A DNA stretch of 54,941 nucleotides, counting the filler, from Sphacelaria rigidula (Eukaryota): assembly GCA_964200075.2 (NCBI GenBank). It is 6 parts of 6 records of this genome, joined end to end, with 100 filler letters (N's around TTAATTAATTAA, not from the genome) between each part and the next. Parts side by side here need not be neighbours in the genome. Positions count along the whole stretch, not along the records: positions 1 to 9,074 come from CAXNAA020009365.1; positions 9,175 to 18,248 come from CAXNAA020009366.1; 4 more parts are not named here. The stretch is one strand, 5' to 3'. The position numbers and the translations under genes are program-made. This document shows positions 1 through 10,971 of this stretch, piece by piece (the first letter of the stretch is position 1; each line of letters begins with the position of its first letter). The notes beneath the pieces are model-generated. The model saw nothing but the letters and a program-made list of their open reading frames with translations. It was not told the origin of the DNA and ran no database searches.

Positions 1-1
1 G

Positions 2-51
<50 letters not shown>

Positions 52-62
52 GCTGCTGTTGC

Positions 63-93
<31 letters not shown>

Positions 94-134
94 GCTGCTG
101 TTGCTGTTGCTGTTGTTGATGTTGTTGTTGTTGC

Positions 135-166
<32 letters not shown>

Positions 167-251
167 CTGTTGATGTTGATGTTGTTGCTGTTGCTGTTGC
201 TGTTGCTGTTGTTGATGTTGTTGTTGTTGCTGTTGTTGTTGTTGTTGCTGC
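1..251. repeat. (GTT/GCT/GAT)n trinucleotide microsatellite
   Basis: Direct reading: about 250 bp of gtt/gct/gat triplets at the contig start. It explains the poly-Leu ORF 2..424. Confidence 0.97.
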
Positions 252-355
252 TTTGCCGCTTTTTTGCCTATTTGATGACGATTTTGATTATTGTGACGAT
301 GTTCGCAATAATATTGGCTAAATGGCTTTGCGCTGTATTTCGTTTTGTTGTAAAC

Positions 356-659
356 AACAATGTTTTCGTGAGATTGAGCGTAAAGGACACGATTGAGAGT
401 GAAAAGCGGCCCATCAGGAAATGATTCGTTTCAGTCCCGGAACGCCCCTCCGCGAGGCCCCGATATGCTCTCTGTAACCGCTTTCCACCGAGGCCCTTGA
501 AATATCTGAGTAGGATATCGACGTGTAGCTGCAAGCACCCGCCAGTGACAGGCAAAGAAAAGTACACACGGAATGAAAAATTTACCGAGTTGAAGCGAAT
601 GATCAAAGCCACTCTCAATCAGCGCTCTACTGTACTCTCAATCTCACGAAAACGCTGTT
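356..659. mobile_element. MITE family A, copy 1 (TIR AACAR(T/C)GTTTTCGTGAGATTGAG)
   Basis: Starts aacaatgttttcgtgagattgag and ends ctcaatctcacgaaaacgctgtt. Flanks are aaac/taac. Homologous copies lie at 1136-1447 and 6551-7562. Confidence 0.9.
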
Positions 660-681
660 TAACATGGATGATACTATCCAG

Positions 682-809
682 GCGGGACTGACGTGTTTCG
701 GCAACACAACAATGGCGTTCGCAACATGGAGAATATGGCAAGCGGGAATCGCCAAGTGGGGAAAGATGGACGGCAACGAAGCGGTGGAACCAAGGGCAGC
801 CAATGACGG
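682..809 (+). CDS. Internal exon of Ycf49/DUF2499-like plastid membrane protein
   Basis: Acceptor atccag|, translation AGLTCFGNTTMAFATWRIWQAGIAKWGKMDGNEAVEPRAAND-G, donor gg|gtgag. It resembles the Ycf49 C-terminal motif LQAxLTxxGNxTxxxAxxRI. The phase-2 end fits the exon at 3924. Not in the ORF track. Confidence 0.78.
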
Positions 810-1135
810 GTGAGATGGAAACGCAGGAGACAGAGCAGTGCAGCCAGGGTCGTTCTCGTTTTTTTTGTTCTTGAAATGCAAATGTACGGGGGAAAAAGGA
901 AAATTCCAATCTGACCGATCTGTGGTGATTCCAACATGCTTTTCGTTTTCCACTGCGCTCGTTCGATCCAGAAATGATTTGCGAGACACAGCCTGACCCC
1001 CTTGGCCGATTAGATCATTTACAAGTTCAACAATATCTTCATAGACCAGAATTTTCAAGGAAATCGATCGATGCCCTTGCGTGGCCGCGGGTTGTCGCGG
1101 GGACGTCAACGGCAGTTTCAACGCATATCACGCCT

Positions 1136-1447
1136 CACAGTGTTTTCGTGAGATTGAGAGTAGAGGATACGATTGAGGGTGAAAATCGGTCAAGTAGTTA
1201 ATGAATCGTTCCGGTTCCGAAATGTCCCTCCACGAGGCCCGATATGCTTTCTGGAGTTGCCTGCCATTGGAGCCCTTGATATCCCTGAGTAGGATATCGA
1301 CGTGTAGCTGTAGGCACATACCAGTGATAATATACAGGCAAAAAAAAACACACACACACACGGAATGAAAAAGTGGCCGAGGTAAAGGGAATGATGAAAC
1401 CCTCTCTCGAGCGTATTATTTACTCTCAATCTCACGAAAGCATTGTT
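1136..1447. mobile_element. MITE family A, copy 2 (intronic)
   Basis: Same TIRs (cacagtgttttcgtgagattgagag ... ctctcaatctcacgaaagcattgtt) and same interior (gagtaggatatcgacgtgtagctg) as 356-659. Confidence 0.9.
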
Positions 1448-2021
1448 CCCCATGTCAGTAAACCACCCGTACGCGGGATGCGCGCGGCTACCGTTGCGCA
1501 CCGTCGGTCGGTGATGCAAGCCCAAATGACTGGAAGCTTCATCCCTTGAGTATCTGCTGCTGCTGTACACCGCTCAGTTTCACGTCGTGCAGTCAGTCAC
1601 CGGATATCATGCAAGCGTGGAAGATCATAATGCGTGTTGCACGCTCATCAGGGCGCTGAAGGTTGCCATTTACTGGATGAAAGCAGGCAGGCCCATGCCA
1701 TAACAAAGTGAATCGGGATGGTTTTTGTGATACCCCCGTTTCCACCTTCCCCCCCCCCCCTCTTCCCGTCCTTCGGTGACCGCGCTCAATATGATCAGTA
1801 CCTCTCGATGGTCGCGGATGACTCACGAAGGACAATGTAACCTCGCACTCTATCATCGTTGGTCCGATGTTGGTTGTGAGACGTCGCGATCACTTGGACC
1901 TGTACTCCGTCTCGAGTTTCGACCTGTACCGTAGATTCCGGGAGATGACGCCCTCGGCGATATTTTTGCGGTCTCGAGCAGTCAAGCGTAACATTCCACA
2001 CGTCTGACAGCTTATGAGCTA

Positions 2022-2335
2022 CTTTTTTTTTTTTTCCTCACACTTTGAACCCCTCCCCTTCCTCGGGATGAGTCCGTGGTCTCAAGGGATCAATCCATCT
2101 CTCCCCCGGTACGCGCCTTTCATTTTGGCCTCGCGGATTGGGTCAGCACTCCCGCACCGCGTCAATTCACGTCACACGAACCCACTCGACTACTTTGTTT
2201 GCTTTACTCACGTTCTCACGCTTTCCACGGTGGAAATCATACATTACGAAGAAAAAACCCAACGCATCGGGAATCGAACCCCCGTTCTCTCCACCTTAAT
2301 GGCGACAGTCCGGCCATTACTCCTGGATATTACTT
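2022..2335 (-). mobile_element. tRNA-derived SINE family B, copy 1
   Basis: The minus strand has a B-box GGTTCGATTCC near its 5' end and a poly(A) tail (T-run at 2023-2035 on +). A homologous copy lies at 20372-20690. Confidence 0.75.
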
Positions 2336-2690
2336 CTTATTAGTAGAGTACTGATCTGGATCATGAGCTAAATATTATAGCTCATTTGGCCACTATCTCC
2401 GTATTGGCTCCCGACAGCTATGGGCCCCGAGCACGCGGTGCAGCGGGGAGGGTAAGGCTTTGGATTCTCGGACGTTGCTGTCACGTGTTTGGTGTTTTTG
2501 TACGAAGGATCTGAAAATTCTCTTCGATGAGTTATTTCACGTATTTCATGGGCTGTGCGACGTGTGTAACATTCCACTCCTTGCCGACGATTGTTTTTGA
2601 TTTCAAAAGGCGGTTGGGGAAAGGTAGGGTCCCAGCATTTTGTGGTACTCTGGGATACTCGGTATAAATTATATTCCTATTTCGTGTATA

Positions 2691-3137
2691 AACACGGGAT
2701 CTTACGAATTGGGGATGGATCTTTTATTGGGGATGGGAAATCGGAGAATTAAAATCTTCATATCCACACCAAATCTTCGAAATATGGTTTCATTTCTTAA
2801 CCTGCTGATAGCTATCGACAAGTGCTACACGCCATACAAATTTGGATTCCGATCACTGAAATCTTGGGGTCCTAGGTGAAAAAACAATTGTGGGGAATTC
2901 CGGGTTTTCGAACGGACGCCAAAATGGTTCCGAAATTGTTTTTTCACCTAGGACCCCAACATTTCGGTGATCGAAATCCAAATTTCTGTGGCATGTAGCA
3001 GTCAGTTGTCAATGGCTATCAGAAGGTAAAGGAATGGAACCGTATTTCAAAGATATGGTGTGGATGCGAAGATTTTGATTCTCCGGGTTTCCCATCCCCA
3101 ATAACAGATCCATCCCCAATTTGTAAGATCCCGTGTT
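2691..3137. mobile_element. Foldback MITE family F, copy 1 (~200-bp inverted arms)
   Basis: aacacgggatcttacgaattggggatgg ... ccatccccaatttgtaagatcccgtgtt. The arms pair over most of the length. Flanks are tata/tatg. Second copy at 17550-17994, fragment at ~9260-9322. Confidence 0.9.
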
Positions 3138-3344
3138 TATGAGAGAGTTCAGTCTCCGATCGGAGCTCGATCCTTTTTTCAGGTGATGTCTGCAGGGATC
3201 CTGGAATACCGAGTATTTTTCGGCAGTCGGTATCCGAAACCGTGGAAATTCGGTACTGTGAGTGCCCTGGAAACTGGAAGCGTCGGGTACACCGGAGTGC
3301 GATACACTATCCCAACCAACTAGTACTATTTCAAAAAGCTCAGT

Positions 3345-3748
3345 AGAGCGTCAAAGTCGTCAGTGTTTGCCGACATGGATAAAATGGGGCGAATGTCTTC
3401 GATTTATTTTCACCTCAAGATAGGCAGAGATGTGTTCCCCGATATTGCGATCGCCTTATGTCGGTGTCGAAAAACATGCACCCCCTGCTCGTTTTTGGAT
3501 AAATTCACGGTCCGGACGAATCATCAAATCCCCGATTTATGACGCCTGACTGCTCGAAAGATGAAATGAACGTTCACCGCTGGTCGAAGAGGTCGCCACG
3601 CAATTTTTGCGCCATTCCACGTGCCTGGACCGCGCTTACCTGAGTTGCAACGTTGAAGACAGAGCTCAAGGATAGATTCGTACGGTACGAATCAATTAGA
3701 CTAAAATCAAGTCATTTTCAGACAAATCGGTAATTCGTCCGACCCTTG
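3345..3748 (-). mobile_element. Non-autonomous DNA element (CAAGGGTCGGACGAAT terminus), partial
   Basis: The reverse complement aligns by eye with 53527-53960 (shared gttgcaactcaggta, ggcac.tggaatggc.caaaaattgcgtgg and caagggtcggacgaatt). Confidence 0.7.
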
Positions 3749-3923
3749 GATAAATTTCTCGTGCCCTTGTACTAATAGAGCCAGAAATTGATCAGTTTTT
3801 CACCAGTATTTTTTGCAGAGGTGAAACCCTGCTGGCACGCTGCATCTACTTGGCGGCAGGAATCATACTAACCACACGCCTCCTTACCGCTTGCCACGCC
3901 TCTTTTTGTCATTTTGTCATCAG

Positions 3924-4143
3924 CGTTTCATGGAGTGACGATCTGCCGTTTTATGGACAAATCCTGGGCATCACCGCTGCGGGGGCAGCGCTGGTCAAGT
4001 GGGGAGAACTATTTGTCGATTTCCCCTTCGAGCCGACGTACACCGCGGCCGCTGCGCTTATCCTAGTACCCACTGCTTTCAACGCTTACAAGTGGGCGGA
4101 GAGGAGCAAAGATCCAACGGCTCCGATCGAGGGAATGTTGTAA
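3924..4143 (+). CDS. Terminal exon of Ycf49/DUF2499-like plastid membrane protein
   Basis: Pyrimidine tract plus catcag| acceptor, phase 2 (GG+C=Gly with exon 682-809). Translation VSWSDDLPFYGQILGITAAGAALVKWGELFVDFPFEPTYTAAAALILVPTAFNAYKWAERSKDPTAPIEGML*. It has two hydrophobic helices and a KxGELFxDFP...LNAxKWxxRS motif recalled from algal DUF2499-family C-termini. Confidence 0.75.
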
Positions 4144-4886
4144 TTGGTCATTTTTTATGCTGGGTTTGTTCGTACACTTGTGGTTCCATCATGGGGTGCG
4201 GGGCAGGTGCACGAGTAGTTGTGAAACGAACCGGAGATATATGTAGATAATATACATGTCCATAGAAGACGTTGTCCTTCCCTTCCCTTGGTGTCATCAC
4301 TGAAGGACAACGGCATCATAAAAATTTGTTTCCTCCTCTCAAATTTGTCCGTGAACGCAAAGCCTACCCTAGCCAAGCTTCTGCGAGGCCGAGCGCTCTA
4401 CCGAGGTGATAGTCGCTGCAATATCGATTGTTTTACCTCCATATCGCAACGTACTTACATCGCCTGTGAGCGGTTTCCGGATCCCCCTCCGGTGTACGCT
4501 CTACTGTCGTTTCCAAAACCTCGTGACCTTCTGCCCCCCCCCCCTCCCCCTAATGGTCTGATGACTATGGCAAGCATGATCATGAGTACACCCCCCTCCC
4601 CCTCCATATACGGCGGCCATGTGGTTTTGTGCGTCGGCGTTCCTCATGCAGAGAAGTTCGAATAGGGTGCATCTGATCGACCTGAGTGAGCGCTATTTCA
4701 CATAAAGACTCAACACAAATTGTCACCCTCAACATACCGTCGGTCAAGTTCGAGTGAATATACAGAGCCGAAATGGACAGCACAAGATGTAGGGTCAAAT
4801 GATGCAGAAATACGGCAGTGCTATACTTTTGCAGCAATATGGTGCGATGAGGTTGTGGTGGTTGAGTGGGATAGACAGACGAGCAT

Positions 4887-5206
4887 TTCAAGGGCAGGTC
4901 GAGCAGAATACGTTCTTTTGAATTCTGGGGTAAAATACCCGAGTATTTACTCCAATCAATTTTTGGGTACATCCGGTATGGCCTCAGTACTCTCGAATTC
5001 TGAGTAGCTTGAGTACGGCCTCAAATATTCTACTCAAGTTTTGGGAAGTACTCTGAGTAATACTCGAGTGTAGAGTATCATTTGGGTATGACCCCAACAC
5101 TCTCCTCAAATTTCGGGTAGATCGAGTACGACCTCAAATACTCTCCTCAAAATATTGGGCAAGCACCCTCGGTATTACTCAGGTATAGAGCATCACTTGG
5201 GTGTGA
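4887..5206 (+). mobile_element. Partial copy of CAAGGGYAGGTCGAG element with internal actc/gagt tandem subrepeats
   Basis: Begins caagggcaggtcgagcagaata like 5586 and 15877, with internal repeats tactctactcaaa. It serves as the empty-site reference for the insertions in 5586-7912. Confidence 0.75.
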
Positions 5207-5646
5207 TGGGTAACCGTGACCGCTAGCGATTTCGTGACGTCACTTCACAGAGACCGCGTTGAATGTATGGGCGAACGATGGCCATCAATGAGATGAGTGA
5301 CGTTACGCCATGTGCTACAATGAGTATGAGCGAATGATGGGCCATAAAAAAATAAAAAAAGCGTACAGGTGAATGAACATACGTGCCCCAGCTCACCTGC
5401 CGCACTCATGACAGTACATACTTCATACCTCGTAACCCCTTCGACATCAGTTTCAGTAGAAAGCGCTACTCATCATCATTGGGTAATCGAGTAGACGGGT
5501 AGTCCGGTAGGTATTGTCAAGAAGAACGACTCTACGGGCCGCAAATCTGACTCTTCCATGGGAGACCCAGCGGTGGAAACAGTGCAAGGGTAGGTCGAGT
5601 AGAGTATGTACTTTTGAATGCTCGGGTAAAATACCCGACTATTTAC

Positions 5647-6538
5647 TAGGGTTGGGGACTGGCGCTACGCGCCAGTACCAGGTAAACTGGCTGCGGAGAG
5701 CAGCCAAGTAGGTATACTGGGTCCTCTCAGTATACATTGGTGTCGCGGCTGCGCCGCGACCACCGCTCCCCCCCCGGCTGATGAGGGGGGCCCCGCTGGA
5801 GGCGCCCCGCCGGAGGCATATTTTCACGCGATTTGGCTTCACTGGAAGATATTTTTTGGGTGATTGTGGGCCACTTCGATGATGCCTGCCCGGGTGTGAA
5901 AACGTTTCTTCTTCAAATAGTTGTTAGTGTACCCAGAGAAAAACTTCAACAACCGTGATTCGCTGGAGGCCGCGGCGGGTGCAGGGATCTGAGGCCCCAG
6001 GCTCGGGTCTGAAGCGGGCGGGCTGCTGCTGCTAGTGACGTATTGATTTAGGGGCATAATGTTGGACGTACGTAAGACGAGTATGTACTGCCTGTACTGG
6101 CAGCCTCTGACGCAGTACAGGAAAACTGCCAGTACAGGAATACTGTCAGTAGATACTGAGACCGGTCGGCCCGGTGGCTTAATTGGTAACTTCGCAACCT
6201 TCTGATGGTTGAGTTGTGGAGTTCGATTCTCGGAACGATCTGGGAATTTTTCGTACAACATGCCCAACGGTGGAGAGCGACTATGTCGTGGGTACACAAA
6301 ATTCGTCTTCACAGTCGACGAGGGAAAGGAACTGCTGAGCCCCTCTCGCGATAAAAAACAAAGGCATGCATCACAAAGGGAAGGTATTAAAAAAAAAAAA
6401 GCTCCTGTGTTGACCTTCCTCCTGTGTGACTCCGGCTGATGCGCCCACATATCCCCCGAAAGGGGCAGATTGGCGCCCAGAATAAATGGGACGACAACAC
6501 AACACACAACACAGCTACTGGTCCAGTCCCCAAACCTA
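5647..6538. mobile_element. hAT-type non-autonomous element
   Basis: TIR TAGGGTTGGGGACTGG / CCAGTCCCCAAACCTA. The 8-bp TSD is ctatttac (5639-5646) / gtatttac (6539-6546). The empty site gagtatttactcc is seen at ~4941. Confidence 0.88.
6162..6514 (+). mobile_element. tRNA-derived SINE family S, full length (inside hAT element)
   Basis: A-box tggcttaattgg, B-box agttcgattc, and an (AC)-rich tail after gggacgacaac. Homologous to 42541-42907. Confidence 0.85.
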
Positions 6539-6550
6539 GTATTTACTCCA

Positions 6551-7562
6551 AACAATCTTTTCGTGAAATCAAGAGTAGAGGATACGATTGAGAGTGAAAA
6601 TCGGCCAATTACCGTAATATCCTCTGTGAACGCCCCCCCCCAAAAAAAAAATTGTTTTTTGACGCCAAAATCCTTTTTTCACCCCGAGGCGCCATGTTTT
6701 TCTGCAAAAAGAAAATCGCCCCGCTACCTTTGTGTTACCCCGGGGCGTTCTTTCAACCAGCTGCCTCCGCTACTGCTGCTGCTGCTTTAGCTGTCCTGTA
6801 GCTCCTGTCGCGTTTGTGCTACTGCTACTGCTGACTGCTGATTGTCGTTCCTATTATTGTTGTTATGGTTGTTGATGTTCATGTCCTTGCTGGTACGAGG
6901 AGCGCCCCTTTGGCCCGGTGACTCGTGAGGGCAAAGTTGGGCTCAGGGTACACTCGTTTGAGCGGACCCTTTTGTTTTTTGTTGGAGGGGCCATCATCCC
7001 CATCCTCCTTCTCCTCACCACCCTGCGGACGACGCAAGCTCCCCCAATCACAAGCCTTTTCGCGCCTCTTGAAAGCTTTCTCGTAGATAGCGTTGAGGCC
7101 CGACATGGTGGTTTCCAAAACGAAAGAGGTCCGCGTAGACATGCTGTGGATGTTGTGCAGGTAAAATCTACAAAAGGCCCACGCCCCGGGGGCTTTTTCG
7201 CCCTGGGGTGTTTTTTTTTTCCACGGAAGATCGCCCCTCTACCTTTGAAAACACCCCGGGGCGATCCTCTGATGACCGGATTTTGACGCGCCTCCCGGGA
7301 CGTTCACAGAGGATATTACGGTAGTGAATGAATCGTTTCAGTTCCGAAATGCTCCCGGACGACGCTCGATACGGTTTCTGTAGTAGTTTGCCACTGAGGC
7401 CCTCGATATCCCTGAGTAAGATATCGACGTGTAGCTGTAAGCACACGCTAGTGATGGAGGCAAAGAGAACCACACACGGAATACAAAGTTGGCCAAGTTG
7501 AAGCGAATAATCAAAGTCACTCTCAACCAGCGCCCTACTCCCAATCTCACGAAAACGTTGTT
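6551..7562. mobile_element. MITE family A, copy 3, split by a Tc1/mariner-type insertion
   Basis: The 5' part (6551-6611) and 3' part (7322-7562) together rebuild family A. Flanks are tcca/tcaa. Confidence 0.88.
6612..7321. mobile_element. Tc1/mariner(pogo)-type non-autonomous element
   Basis: Perfect TIR CCGTAATATCCTCTGTGAACG / CGTTCACAGAGGATATTACGG flanked by TA on both sides. The uninterrupted family A copy 2 has a single TA at this site. Confidence 0.9.
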
Positions 7563-8394
7563 TCAACTCAATTTTTGGGTAGATGGGGTACGACCGCGAA
7601 TACTCTACTCAAATTCTGGGTGAGTACTCTCAGTAATACTCGCTCGAGTGTAAAGTATCACCTGAGTATGACCTCAAATCTCTACTCAAATTTTCGGTAA
7701 GTTAAATATAACCTCAATACTCTTCTCAAATTTTCGTAGATTGAGTACGATCCCAAATACTCTACTCAAATTTTGGGCAAGGACCCTCAGTATTACTCGA
7801 GTGTAATGTATCACTTGGGTGTGACCTCAATACTCTACTCAAAATTTGGGCACTGAAAGTATGACTTTTAAAAAATACCTAGTACTGAGTATACTCTACT
7901 CGACCTGCCGTGGGAGCATTTCGCAGAGCATGCAGCCTCAATGACTTATCAGGGCGTCTTTTTACCGAGTGCTGGAAAATCAAGAGTCCTGGAGTATCGT
8001 CGGCGGCTATAATGGTAGACGACAATCCTCCGCGGCCAAGACAGTCGACAGCTTGGGTTAATACGACGCTGCTTGCAAGTGCTGGACAGCAAGCGCATTC
8101 AAAATTCTAGTCAAGTGCGAAGCAACAACCACTATGCGTCGTGTCCCCTGCGGTGCTAACCTTTTATTTTCACCTCTCTGCACAAATACTTCGTATCTAC
8201 AAAAATCAATGCATCAACGATCTTTCACTTACAGTACCGTCACCAAAGCTTCAACCTTCCAGCAACGTTACATAGTCCACACCACACAGTTATCGATTTC
8301 ATTTTTCCAACCTTCGTGAGAAACAGTCGCACAAAGCTCTGGGCTGTCGGGTACCAGTATATCCCACAAGTAAACGGAGAAATTCGGGGCAACC

Positions 8395-8598
8395 TCATGT
8401 CAAAGAATCAATCAGAGAACTACGCATGGTGTTGACGATGTTGGATGGCCCTTGCTCATTGAGCTTGAATATCGACTCCACCACGCTGATCTCCGTAGAT
8501 GTCGTGTCCAGCCCACAGAATGCCGTCCAGTCATTCGCCACGACCCCCGCCCCCAACACATCCGACCCTCGGTTAACGGTGCCCGCCACTAAAGGGAT
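8395..8598 (-). CDS. EIF6: Eukaryotic translation initiation factor 6, terminal exon
   Basis: Acceptor ccgctag|, translation [67 protein letters not shown]. This is the highly conserved eIF6 C-terminus. Upstream exons were not found in this contig. Confidence 0.96.
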   Translation of the reverse strand: MPLVAGTVNRGSDVLGAGVVANDWTAFCGLDTTSTEISVVESIFKLNEQGPSNIVNTMRSSLIDSLT

Positions 8599-9074
8599 CT
8601 AGCGGAACGAAGGACAGCAGAAAAAAAAGTCAGGAGTCCGTACGGTACGAGGGAAAGAGGATCACTCCACATGGGCTCAAGAAAAAAATGAACAGAAGAC
8701 ACGACAATGTGGATGTGATCTTGGCAGATGGAGACCCAAGAGCCAAAGAACGAGGGAGGGGGAGAGGGGGGGGAAATCGTCTTTTCCCCCCGGAATATTC
8801 CCGTGTCCCGCGCCCGGGGGAAACGCCTGCAGAACGGGAACAGGGTCAGTTCATCTGTCGAGTCATCAAACTACGTTGAATAAATCTTGCAGCAGATGCA
8901 GACGCTTGCGGAGACCTTCTTCACACTGGTTTCTCATCCATGTGTGATATATTCTGCGAGGGCAAAGTTGGGAGAAAGGGGCGTGGGAGGTAGGTATAGT
9001 GCAGGATCCGAGAGATATGCGGGCTCGCGCCCGCCGTCCCCCCAGGCGGGCTAATCGCGGTCGGGCCGGCGCCT

Positions 9075-9174
9075 NNNNNNNNNNNNNNNNNNNNNNNNNN
9101 NNNNNNNNNNNNNNNNNNTTAATTAATTAANNNNNNNNNNNNNNNNNNNNNNNNNNNNNNNNNNNNNNNNNNNN
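9075..9174. other. Artificial contig linker (N44-TTAATTAATTAA-N44)
   Basis: 100-bp spacer with stop codons in all frames. It recurs every 9174/9173 bp. Confidence 0.98.
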
Positions 9175-10971
9175 AAACTAAATCCGAAAAATTGACACAA
9201 TCCCGGGGAGCGGCTGATTCTCATTTCAAAATACGTTCTCATTTTTCTGGCAACCCTGTTAATTGGGAATGGATCTTTTATTGGGGATGAGAAGCCCGGA
9301 GGATTAAAACCTCCGCATCCGCTTCCGTTTTATACAAAATACGTGGAATACAAGAAGCGGGTGGAGCATCCGAATGCGGGGGGTGCGGCAGGGCATCAGG
9401 TGATTTCCATGGCGCAACTCGTGCCTACCCCCCTCCAACGCGTTCTTGCGAGAATGTATTACATGAGAAGCACACAATAACGCCGCTGCAATTGGCTGCA
9501 GCGATCGAGAAAGATGCAGGGCATGCGGCGGGCGCCGAGGTAGAGCTAACCCAGGCGTCCGCGGCCGTGGCAAAGGCTATCGCCATGAACCACAAGGGAA
9601 AAACCATGCTTGAGAGGGTGGAGCTAATCATGGGAAAGTTGGAGCCATATTTTCCCGAAAATCCCAACGTCGAGATGGTTCATTGTTCCTCCGATGGAAA
9701 ATTCCGTCAAGGACCCGCTGTGGTGATCACGAAAGCGATGGTGGAGAGTCTAGCACCGGCGGAATTCAAAGAGGCCGTGCTTGTGCAATTAAAGCACGAA
9801 ACCAATTGGAAGTCGGACCCGTACTTAGTTATGGATACCGTGGTGGCTGAGGCTCAGGCATGGCGGAAGATTGAAGCATTTGGGAAATCATCCACTTCGT
9901 CGCCGCAGTCTTCGAGCTCGCGTAACCGCGGATCAAACTCCGCAGGCAGTGCCGCCGCCAATATCACTTGCTTTCAGTGTGGCCAGGTAACCACTACGCA
10001 CGCAAGTGCCCAAAGTCTTCCGAGGGGGAGTCTGGAAAGACGAGTTCCGCGCGCCCTCGCAATCACAAAGGAGGAGAAGGTAATCGGGGTGGTGGCGGAG
10101 GCGGATCCTCCAGCGGTGGAGGTGTGCATCCGAGTTCCCAGCAGCAGCAGCAGCAGGGGTAGCGGCGTCAGCAGGAGCAGCGGCGTCAGCAGGGGTCTGG
10201 TTCTGAGTCCGGCTCAGCCGCACGGGCTGTTGCTCCGCAAAGGACGGTGCAGGTGGGATCGACCACTCTAGTGTCGGGCTCGGTGCCGGCGCCACCGGCA
10301 GCAGAGCAAGGCGAGACGCCTGCTGCTGAGCCGGCCGGATTTCAGCTGAAGTTTGGATCCACTGCTGCGTCGGCCGGAGTACCGCTGCAATTTGGTTCTG
10401 CGAGCGGGGCTTCATACCCACCGACGGTGCCGGTGACCCCAGCGGGGGCGTCTACGCCTGCGCCGCACGCGCAGCCGTGGCGCCAAGTGGGGACCACGAC
10501 AAATCAGTCGGCGGAGCAGGTGCCGGTCGAGAATCAAGAAAATTATATTCCTGCAGAGTTCAATCTCCCAAATCAACGGGTGCGGGGAACCATGTCAGTC
10601 AACGCAGTGTTGGATTCAGGCGCCCATTTCACGACCGTGTCGGTGCTGATTGTGGAGATGCTGGGGCGTCTACTCCCCGGTGAGCAAATCCGCATCCCGT
10701 TCTCGCTCGGGGCGCGGTAAGCCATCACCGCATCGGGGCATCGTATAGGTGTCACGGAGCGTACGATTTCCCTACAGTTGGCGTTCAGGGCTACCTGAGG
10801 GCCAGCGAAATTACCCCCGATATCGTTTGCGATCATGCCGGGGACGGATGGTGTCGTTCTGTTGGGCTTACCGACGCTTCGGGAACTCGGAGTCGATCCG
10901 TATGGTCGGCTGTTAGAGTCTCTAAAAACGCAAATGCCGTCGCCCGGTTCGAGTGTCGAGACGCCTGCTTT

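Larger units (their letters stand above)
5586..7912. mobile_element. Non-autonomous TIR element hosting nested insertions
   Basis: TIR caagggtaggtcgagtagagtat ... atactctactcgacctgccgtg. The interior is collinear with 4887-5206 once the insertions at 5647-6538 and 6551-7562 are removed. Confidence 0.8.

Noticed and set aside
2-424. 140-aa poly-Leu ORF
   Set aside because: It is a translation of the (GTT)n microsatellite running into a MITE, upstream of a real exon on the same strand.
6162-6235. tRNA gene (also 42541, 46119, 30215)
   Set aside because: A/B boxes are present, but there is no clean cloverleaf, and at the family S positions the sequence continues into a repeated SINE body. The 30215 site is an isolated B-box.
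9119-9130. TTAATTAATTAA as a biological motif
   Set aside because: It is the centre of an artificial linker with stops in all frames.
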